In this document: one piece after another, positions 45,621-52,391 of the stretch
Layout: each line of letters starts with the position of its first letter
How positions within the stretch are numbered: the stretch's first letter is position 1
DNA from: Gemmatimonadales bacterium
GTDB lineage: Bacteria > Gemmatimonadota > Gemmatimonadetes > Gemmatimonadales > GWC2-71-9
NCBI GenBank assembly: GCA_035456525.1
Contig: DATICZ010000103.1
Span: forward strand, 5,403 to 69,402
Length of the DNA: 64,000 nucleotides
Reading direction: 5' to 3'
The notes under the pieces: model-generated
Told to the model about the DNA's origin: nothing
What the model saw: the letters and a program-made list of their open reading frames with translations, nothing else
Databases searched by the model: none
Position numbers and translations under genes: made by a program

Positions 45621-46310
45621 GTGTCCGCTGAACCGAGGCCCACCGCCGCACCGCAGCGCCGCTGGCCCATCTCGTCCGTGGTGCTCGTCACCGCCAATGT
45701 CATTCCGTTGCTCGGCGTGCTGGCCCACCACTGGACCGTGTTCGCGGTGGTGTTGCTCTACTGGTGCGAGAACGTGGTGGTGGGTGTGTTCAACGTGCTG
45801 CGGATGCTGTGGGCCCGGCCTCCGGACCCGGTGGCGCAGGCAGGGAAGATCTTTCTCGTACCTTTCTTTTGCGTGCACTACGGCGGATTCGCCTTCGTAC
45901 ACGGGGTGTTCGTGTTCGCCCTGTTCGGCGGCGATTTCAAGCAGGGCGGACTCGGATTCACCCCGCACATCGTGCTCACGGCCATCCGGCAGTCCGGTCT
46001 CGGCTGGGCCCTGGCCGCGCTGGTCGCGAGCCACGGGTTTTCCTTCCTTCACAACTACCTGGCGGGGGGCGAGTACCGCCGGGTAGGGTTGAGTCAGCTC
46101 ATGACGCAACCCTACGCCAGGGTGATGGTGCTCCACGTCGCGATCATCGGCGGGGCCTTCCTCGTGCAGGCCCTCGGCTCCGCCGTGCCAGCACTCGCGC
46201 TGCTCATCCTTCTCAAGACTGCGATCGATCTCGGCGCCCACATGGCCGAACGACGCAGGCTCGGCACGCTGCCTCCCGATCAGGCCGTCTTGGCGACGAC
46301 CTCCTCCTGA
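45621..46310 (+). CDS. polytopic membrane protein (DUF6498-like by memory)
   Basis: 229 aa with a GTG start and about 6 hydrophobic segments (VLLYWCENVVVGVFNVLRMLW...). It is divergent from the M14 gene, with only about 40 nt between the two starts. Confidence 0.65.
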   Translation: MSAEPRPTAAPQRRWPISSVVLVTANVIPLLGVLAHHWTVFAVVLLYWCENVVVGVFNVLRMLWARPPDPVAQAGKIFLVPFFCVHYGGFAFVHGVFVFALFGGDFKQGGLGFTPHIVLTAIRQSGLGWALAALVASHGFSFLHNYLAGGEYRRVGLSQLMTQPYARVMVLHVAIIGGAFLVQALGSAVPALALLILLKTAIDLGAHMAERRRLGTLPPDQAVLATTSS

Positions 46311-48919
46311 CGGAGCTGGGCCAGAGCCTCGCGCACCTGGTCGGTGACGTCTCGCTCCTCGCGCAGCGTATCGATCAGCGCTTCGGCCCGCTTGGCGTGC
46401 AGCTCCAGCGACGCCACGGTCCCGCTGACCTGGTCCACCACGGCCTTCTGGCCGTGCAGCAGCTCGAGATTCGACTGGACGTCGGCGAGCAGCGTCTCCA
46501 CCCGCCCGAGCCGTTCCTCCGCCTGCTCGATCTGCCGCTTGCGGTGGTCGAGCGTGCCGGCTGCTTCCTGCACGTCCCCGGCGAGCGACACGATGCGCTC
46601 GAGGGTTTGCCGCGTGACGGTGATCTCTTCCTTGGCGTCGGCGATGGCGCGGACGTCGTTCGTCGTCCGCTCGGCCAGGTCGAACAGTCGCTGCATGTCC
46701 GCGGCCAGCGCGTCGAGCGTCGAGCGCCGATCCACCACCTGCTCCAGACCGCGGGTGAGGGACGCCTCCAGCACCTCCCACCTGGTCAGCCGCTCCTCGA
46801 ACTGCGACATCCGCTTCTGCACCAACCGGAGTCCGCCGGCGCGCCCATCGAGCTCGTCCAGCGCCGCCGTGATCTCGCCCATCCGGCTGCCCGCCGTCCC
46901 GAGCGCACCGCTGAGCCGATCGCTCCGCTCTTCCAGCTGCTGCGCCGCGTTGACGGCCTGCTCCCGCAGGCGTGACGCCTCCGCGAGGTGCTCGGCGGCC
47001 TTGTCGAGTGCGGCCTGACGGCGATCGAGCTCCTGACCCAGCGCGTTGGTGCGATCCGCCAGATGTTCCACGCTCTGCGTGCGCGCCTCGACCGACGCGA
47101 GCGTCGCATCCACGTCCGCCACGCGCCGCTCGACCCGCTCCACCGTCGCGACCGCGGCCGGTACCAGCTGCTCGATGCGTCCCGCTTCCTCGGCGTGCGC
47201 CGCCAGGGCGAGGAACCGCTCGTCGGCCCCGTTCAACCGGCCCAGCAGCGTGTGGGTCCGCTCCTCGATCTGCGCCCCGCGGCCGGCGAGGTCGGCGAGC
47301 TTCGCGTTGAGCTCCTCCACCAGCTGCCGGCGCGCCTCCAACTCGCCCACCGACTGGGCCAGCCGGCTCGCCTCGTTCTTGACCACCTCGACCGTGGGAC
47401 GCAGGTCCTCGACCTCCTCGAGCTCCTCCCGCAAGGCGTCCACCGATGCGGTCACGCCGGCAAGCCACGCCTTCGTACCGGCCTGGCCCTCGCGGGCCCG
47501 CGCGAGGTCGGCCTCGGCCGCCTGAAGCTGCTCGAGCGCGTCCTTGACGGTTTCATGCGTGCCCCGCAAGCTCGCGACGTCGTGCAGCACCGCCTCGACC
47601 ACTGGCTTCGACTGCTCCAGGCGCGCCGTGCGTTGGGCCACGCCCTCCACCGTTTCCTGGAGCCGGACGGCGGTGGCCTCGATGGCCCGAACTCGCTCGG
47701 CCTGCTGCTCCAGCTCCCCGACGTCCTCGGCCACATCGTCCAGCTGTACCCGCAGCCCCTCGGTCCGCGCCTGCACCTCGGAGATCCGCTGGCTCGCCTC
47801 GTCGAGCGACCGCACGCGACCTTCCAGCTCCGTCAGGCCGCCGCGCAGATCCTGGATGCGCTGCCCCACGGAGTCGAGGCCCTGGTTCTCCAGCTCGAAG
47901 CGCTTGACGGTGCGCTCCACGTCATCCCGCAGCGTGGCGAGACGGCCGCGCAGTTCCTCGTCTCCACGCCTGAGCTCCTCGTGCTGCGTCTGCACCTGCA
48001 TCGAGCCCGAGAGGACCGACTCATGGGCGGCCTGCAGCTCGGCGAGCTTCGCTTCCATCGCGCCGAGACGCTTGGCGCCCTCTTCCTGGGCGCGCGTCCG
48101 CTCTTCGAGCTCCCGGTCGAGCTCGAGCAGACGCGTCATCTGGGCGGAGGTGCGCTCCACGACTTCACGCTGCTGCTCGATGGCCGTGACCTTCTGGGAG
48201 ACCGCGTCGGTGAGGGATTTCAGAGATCCGAGCTGACGCGCACTCTGCGCGGCGTCGGCGGCCACCTGCGTCAGGTGGGTAAGGGTACGTTCCAGGCCGG
48301 CGACGCGTGCCTCGGCGGCGACCACGCCGCCCTGAGCGTCCTGTTGCCGTTCCTCGAACGCGTTGAGCCGCTGCGCGGCCGACTCGCTCGCGCGGCGCAG
48401 CTCCTCCTGGCGCTCGCGCACCCGGTCGTAGCTCTGCGTCACTTCGCGGAGCTGCGTCAGGGCGGAGTCCGCGTCACCGCGAAGCTTGCTCAGCTCCGCG
48501 GCGCGCTCCAGAAAGGCGCCCAGCTCGCTCTTGAGCGCGAGCGCCTGCTCGAGCTGACCGCGCAACTCCTGGATCTCGCCGCGCAGCCGCTTGGCATCGT
48601 CGGAGGAGTGCCCCAGCTGCGTCTCCATGCGCCGCTGCAGCTTCGCGACCCCTTCGGTTTGCTCGTCGAGCGTGGCGAGCACGGGGACAACCCGTTCGAG
48701 CGCCTTGACGCGCGATTGCACCTCGCTCACCGAGCGGCGCGTCTCCTCCAGCGGCTGGACGATCTGATTGAGCTGCTGGGCGGATTCCTGCGCGCGGGTA
48801 TGCAGCGCTTCGAAGGCGGCGCGCTCCTGGCGCATCTGCGCCAGAATGGCGCGCAGCTCGGCGGGGAGCTCGGCGGTGTCGGATTGGTGACCGAAGAACT
48901 TGTTGAGCGAGACGGCCAT
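46280..48919 (-). CDS. 879-aa coiled-coil-rich protein with no recognisable enzymatic or membrane domain
   Basis: The E/A/L/Q/R-rich sequence is heptad-like from end to end. I saw no Walker motifs, TM segment or signal peptide. ATG 48919 (MAVSLNKFFG) is preferred over TTG 48937. The 661-aa plus-strand ORF 46988..48973 is its L/R/G-rich antisense shadow. Confidence 0.8.
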   Translation of the reverse strand: MAVSLNKFFGHQSDTAELPAELRAILAQMRQERAAFEALHTRAQESAQQLNQIVQPLEETRRSVSEVQSRVKALERVVPVLATLDEQTEGVAKLQRRMETQLGHSSDDAKRLRGEIQELRGQLEQALALKSELGAFLERAAELSKLRGDADSALTQLREVTQSYDRVRERQEELRRASESAAQRLNAFEERQQDAQGGVVAAEARVAGLERTLTHLTQVAADAAQSARQLGSLKSLTDAVSQKVTAIEQQREVVERTSAQMTRLLELDRELEERTRAQEEGAKRLGAMEAKLAELQAAHESVLSGSMQVQTQHEELRRGDEELRGRLATLRDDVERTVKRFELENQGLDSVGQRIQDLRGGLTELEGRVRSLDEASQRISEVQARTEGLRVQLDDVAEDVGELEQQAERVRAIEATAVRLQETVEGVAQRTARLEQSKPVVEAVLHDVASLRGTHETVKDALEQLQAAEADLARAREGQAGTKAWLAGVTASVDALREELEEVEDLRPTVEVVKNEASRLAQSVGELEARRQLVEELNAKLADLAGRGAQIEERTHTLLGRLNGADERFLALAAHAEEAGRIEQLVPAAVATVERVERRVADVDATLASVEARTQSVEHLADRTNALGQELDRRQAALDKAAEHLAEASRLREQAVNAAQQLEERSDRLSGALGTAGSRMGEITAALDELDGRAGGLRLVQKRMSQFEERLTRWEVLEASLTRGLEQVVDRRSTLDALAADMQRLFDLAERTTNDVRAIADAKEEITVTRQTLERIVSLAGDVQEAAGTLDHRKRQIEQAEERLGRVETLLADVQSNLELLHGQKAVVDQVSGTVASLELHAKRAEALIDTLREERDVTDQVREALAQLRQEEVVAKTA

Positions 48920-49131
48920 GGCGCGATCCCCGGGCAATGGGTCGGTGCGGCAACGCTTCTGGAAGGGCGCTGATGCAGGCGCCGGGTGAGGTAGGAACGC
49001 AACAGATATGCCGTGTCCGTCGGGGTGTCGCTACTACTTTGGCTGATTGAGGTTAGACTGTCGGGTGGTCTACTCCATCGTAGGCCTGCTCTCGCCTCGC
49101 GCAGGCGAAACTGCAAAATACCGCAAAACCC

Positions 49132-51303
49132 CTAAGGGGACCCATAGCGCAGCGCGCGCCTGCGCCATTCCGCGACGATCGCCGGCCATGCACGCGCAAA
49201 CAGCCGTGTCATATTCGCTTGGAGCTCCGCTCCAACGCCGGCAATGTACAGCTGCTTCACCGCCTCCATGCCACCCCGCTCGTAGACCATCTGCACGAAG
49301 ACCGCGCCGGCCGGATAATACTGCTCCCGAAAGCGCCCCGAGAGAATCGAGTCGAGCGTCACGGCCGGATGTTCCGCCAGAAAGGATGCCAGCCCGCGAG
49401 CAGCCGTGCGAAAGTCCGTCCCGGTCGTTCCACCCAGCCAGGTGGGCACGCCTTCCGAGACGAGATACGATGTGTTTCCCATCAAGGGCAGGAGCACCAT
49501 GTGCGCCAGCTCGTGACGGTAGTTCTCGCCCACCGCCGGGATACCCGAGAAGAGCTGGTGGTTCGTCGGCTGCGCGACGCCGCCCACCGGACCCCAGGTG
49601 ATGTCCGTCTCGAGTCCCATGATGCGGTACACCTGGTCCACCGACGTCGTCAGGTAGTAGGTCAGCGCTTCGAGACGAGGCACGCCGAACGTCGTGGCGA
49701 CGGAATCGATGAATGCGACGGCGCCCTCGGCACGGCCGCGGTCGAACGGGTAGCCGGGCTCCATGACGTAGGTGATGGGACCGACCGTCTCCTGACGCCA
49801 GGTGCTGGTGAGACGCGGCAGGGCGTTGGAGAAGACCCATCCGTCTCCGGAACGGACCGCGAAGACGGTCATCCTCACGCTGGGTGAGCGCATCGGGCTC
49901 GTGGCGCTGTCCTCGTCGAAGCGCGTGACGACGCGGTACACACTGTCCGAGACCGGCTCGATGGTGAGCACTTCCGGCCTGGCGCTGTCCGGCAGGTACG
50001 CCATGGCGAGGGCGTACACGCGCCACTGTCGTTGCTCGGCCGGTTGCCAGTAGGGTGATGGCTGCCAGGAGCCCAGGTGCCAGTACGGCGCCTTGGACTC
50101 CAGATACCGAAGCCACGTCCGGCGGATCTCCGCTTCCCGCGCGGCGGCGAAGTCAGGCCGGAATGCAGCGGCGGTCCTCGCGAGGTGCCGCCGCCATCGC
50201 GCGTCGAGCTGATCCTTCGGCACGCCGAGCAGGCGCGCGGCCGCGCCAAGCACCGAGTCCGGTTCCGCTCCTGCCTGCAGCCAGTCGCGCAGCGCCGCGA
50301 CTCCGCCGGCTGCGGCGATCATGTCGCACAGCACGGCGAACCCGTCGTAGCCGACGTCCAGCGTACCGACACGGGGCGGCGGCGCTTCCATGATGTCCCG
50401 GAGGGTGAGCCCCGGATGCGCCGCGACGTGGGCCGCGAGGTCAGGCAACAGGTCCTGGAAATCGAGGCCCGCCGAGCCCCCGGCCCACGTCATCAGACCT
50501 TCCATGACCAGGCCGGCGGTGCGACCCCGGCCGAGCAGGGGCTGGAGGACGACGTGGGCGAGCTCGTGGCGGTAGTCTTCGCCCCTCGACGACGAGCCGA
50601 TGAAGACGAGCCGGTCGGAGGTGTTCGAGCGGCCACCCACCGTGTCGGCGCCCAGCGGGAAGAATTCGAGACCGAGGGCCCGGAACGTCTCGATCAGATC
50701 GTCGGTGAAGTAGTAGCCGATCTGCGGCACCGGCAGGGCGAACGCGTGAGCCAGCGAATCGACGAATCGGGCGGCGCTCGTGGCGCGTGTGCGGTCGAAC
50801 GCGCGGGTCGGCGGATACACGAAGGTCACGGGGTCGATCGTGTCGTGGCGCCAATCCCGCGTCATCCGCGGCAGGGCGTTGGCGAGCACCCAGCGCCCCG
50901 CCTCGCGCACGGCGTAGACCCGAAACAGCGCCAGCGGCCGGACCGCCCCCGTCGAATCATCCACCGACGAGATCAGGGTGCGGATGAGGAAGGTGCTGTC
51001 GAGGCCGGGGGCGGGAGCGAGATGCACGACCGTGAAAGCGGAGAAGCCCTGATAGATGTAGCTGCCCAGCAGATCGAAGGCCGGCCACCGTCGCTGCTCG
51101 ACCGTCGCCCAATCGGGATGGGGGCGGATCGTATCCTGACGATGCGTGAGGTAATGGCGGTACAGTGCGAGAATCTCCCGTTCGGGCGATCGGGCGGTAT
51201 CGACCCCGAAGCCGAGCGCCAACCGGATCGGGGACTCTGGGGTCTGGGCACGCGCCCCAGCGCCGGCGGCGATGCCCAGGAGGAGAAGCGCGGCCCGTTT
51301 CAC
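49132..51303 (-). CDS. secreted protein made of two tandem ~350-aa modules, each with an HExxH...E (gluzincin-like) motif
   Basis: Signal peptide MKRAALLLLGIAAGAGARAQ. GEDYRHELAHVVLQPLLG...VMEGLMTW sits at residues 241-272 and GENYRHELAHMVLLPLMG...VSEGVPTW at 592-622, an offset of 351 residues. Other blocks also repeat, for example RVYAVREAGRWVLANALPRMTRDWRHDT against TVFAVRSGDGWVFSNALPRLTSTWRQET. Confidence 0.75.
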   Translation of the reverse strand: MKRAALLLLGIAAGAGARAQTPESPIRLALGFGVDTARSPEREILALYRHYLTHRQDTIRPHPDWATVEQRRWPAFDLLGSYIYQGFSAFTVVHLAPAPGLDSTFLIRTLISSVDDSTGAVRPLALFRVYAVREAGRWVLANALPRMTRDWRHDTIDPVTFVYPPTRAFDRTRATSAARFVDSLAHAFALPVPQIGYYFTDDLIETFRALGLEFFPLGADTVGGRSNTSDRLVFIGSSSRGEDYRHELAHVVLQPLLGRGRTAGLVMEGLMTWAGGSAGLDFQDLLPDLAAHVAAHPGLTLRDIMEAPPPRVGTLDVGYDGFAVLCDMIAAAGGVAALRDWLQAGAEPDSVLGAAARLLGVPKDQLDARWRRHLARTAAAFRPDFAAAREAEIRRTWLRYLESKAPYWHLGSWQPSPYWQPAEQRQWRVYALAMAYLPDSARPEVLTIEPVSDSVYRVVTRFDEDSATSPMRSPSVRMTVFAVRSGDGWVFSNALPRLTSTWRQETVGPITYVMEPGYPFDRGRAEGAVAFIDSVATTFGVPRLEALTYYLTTSVDQVYRIMGLETDITWGPVGGVAQPTNHQLFSGIPAVGENYRHELAHMVLLPLMGNTSYLVSEGVPTWLGGTTGTDFRTAARGLASFLAEHPAVTLDSILSGRFREQYYPAGAVFVQMVYERGGMEAVKQLYIAGVGAELQANMTRLFARAWPAIVAEWRRRALRYGSP

Positions 51304-51524
51304 CCCTGCTCCGCGTCCTTGAGGTGTCCGAAGCGGGAGTCATTCCCCAACAGCTGCTCGTCGAACCAGCGGTCGATGACGCTGCGGCGAAAGCGCCACT
51401 CCTTCCCCAGCTTCACCGCCGGGATGCGCTTCTCCTGCGCCCACTTGTAGATCGTCTGGGGCGTGAGCCGCAGGTAGGCGGCGACCTCGTCGATGGTGAG
51501 GATCTCGGGAGGTGTGCCGCTCAT
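51300..51524 (-). CDS. 74-aa helix-turn-helix DNA-binding protein (excisionase/MerR-type HTH)
   Basis: MSGTPPEILTIDEVAAYLRLTPQTIYKWAQEKRIPAVKLGKEWRFRRSVIDRWFDEQ. The start overlaps the upstream stop (ATGA), and the stop overlaps the downstream GTG start (GTGA). Confidence 0.75.
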   Translation of the reverse strand: MSGTPPEILTIDEVAAYLRLTPQTIYKWAQEKRIPAVKLGKEWRFRRSVIDRWFDEQLLGNDSRFGHLKDAEQG

Positions 51525-52327
51525 GGCCGGCGCAGTCGGGCGGTATCGACCGGTGAGGTCGTGAAGGGCAGGCTGTCGGTCACGCCCGGGCGGCGCCGTG
51601 TAGCCGGCTGGTCTTCCCCGCTGAACAACTTGTTGACCGCGTAGATCACGGCCGTGTAGAAGTTGCCCTGGTAGCTCCCGAAGACGCGGAACGGTTGATT
51701 GCGGTCGCCCAGGAAGGGCCGGAGGTTCCAGGCGAGCTGCACGCCCACGAACGCGAACAACAGCACCCAGGCCCGCATGATGGTCAGCGCCTTGCGCGGA
51801 TAGACGCCGCGCTTGTCGCACACTACGGCGAGGCCTTCGTGCAGCGCGTACATCCCGTACGCGCCGGCGATTCCCGCGATGGCGATGTTGAGCAGATGCT
51901 GGAAGTAGTAGTTCGCGCCGGTGAGCAGGAAGAATGCGATGACGGGCACGAACGCCGCGAGCAGGATCGAGGTGAGCGACAGCGCGCCGAACACCAGCAC
52001 GACCACCTGCGGCAGCCGCAACCGCGACCCGACCAGCACCTGCACCACGAAGAACGCCGGGAAGCAGATCACGAAGGTCGCGAAGAACAGCAGCGGCAGC
52101 TTGATCCCTGCCGAGATCGCCTGGGCGGGGCCGGAATACGCACCCGCCACGAGACCGAAAAAGCCCGCGAGGGCAACGACGGTCAGCGTGCTGTGCAGGA
52201 GCTTCTTGCCGAGCCCGGTCCCGTCCACCACCTCTTCGAAGAATTGTTCCCGGTTACTGAGCAGCGCGGCAAGGAAGTCCCGGTAGCTGGTGATGGGGGC
52301 GGCGCGTTCGGCCATAGGAGGCTCCAA
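51521..52327 (-). CDS. polytopic membrane protein of unknown function (5-6 TM)
   Basis: 268 aa. The TTG start at 52327 has GGAGG 6 nt upstream. An alternative ATG lies at 52315 (MAERAAPITSYRDFL). The hydrophobic core is followed by a conserved-looking LAWNLRPFLGDRNQPFRVFGSYQGNFYTAV. Confidence 0.7.
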   Translation of the reverse strand: MEPPMAERAAPITSYRDFLAALLSNREQFFEEVVDGTGLGKKLLHSTLTVVALAGFFGLVAGAYSGPAQAISAGIKLPLLFFATFVICFPAFFVVQVLVGSRLRLPQVVVLVFGALSLTSILLAAFVPVIAFFLLTGANYYFQHLLNIAIAGIAGAYGMYALHEGLAVVCDKRGVYPRKALTIMRAWVLLFAFVGVQLAWNLRPFLGDRNQPFRVFGSYQGNFYTAVIYAVNKLFSGEDQPATRRRPGVTDSLPFTTSPVDTARLRRP

Positions 52328-52391
52328 GGAGGACCTCCTATGATGAACAACTACTACTGTTTCGTCAAGTTTGTTGCTGTTTATAGATGAT
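52328..52391 (-). promoter_or_regulatory. AT-rich intergenic island, likely promoter/leader of the 52327 operon
   Basis: About 39 percent GC by hand count, in otherwise very GC-rich DNA. On the minus strand it contains TATAAA, then TTGACG, and 17 nt after that CATCAT, then GGAGG and the TTG start. Confidence 0.4.

Noticed and set aside
46988-48973. 661-aa plus-strand ORF opposite the coiled-coil gene
   Set aside because: Its L/R/G/H-rich sequence is the mirror image of an E/A/L/Q-rich coiled coil. The minus-strand frame has natural composition, a plausible start and an SD-like GGGGA. I kept the minus-strand gene.
49125-49139. CCCC-tta-GGGG followed by TTTT, overlapping the stop codon of the double-HExxH gene, as an intrinsic terminator
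   Set aside because: A 4-bp stem with a 3-nt loop is too weak to call. I kept it only as a note that the coiled-coil gene may or may not be co-transcribed with the upstream operon.
51300-51524. Excisionase-type HTH as a marker of a prophage or integrative element
   Set aside because: The window has no integrase, recombinase, attachment-site-like direct repeats, tRNA target or phage structural genes. The gene is translationally coupled on both sides to chromosomal-looking genes.
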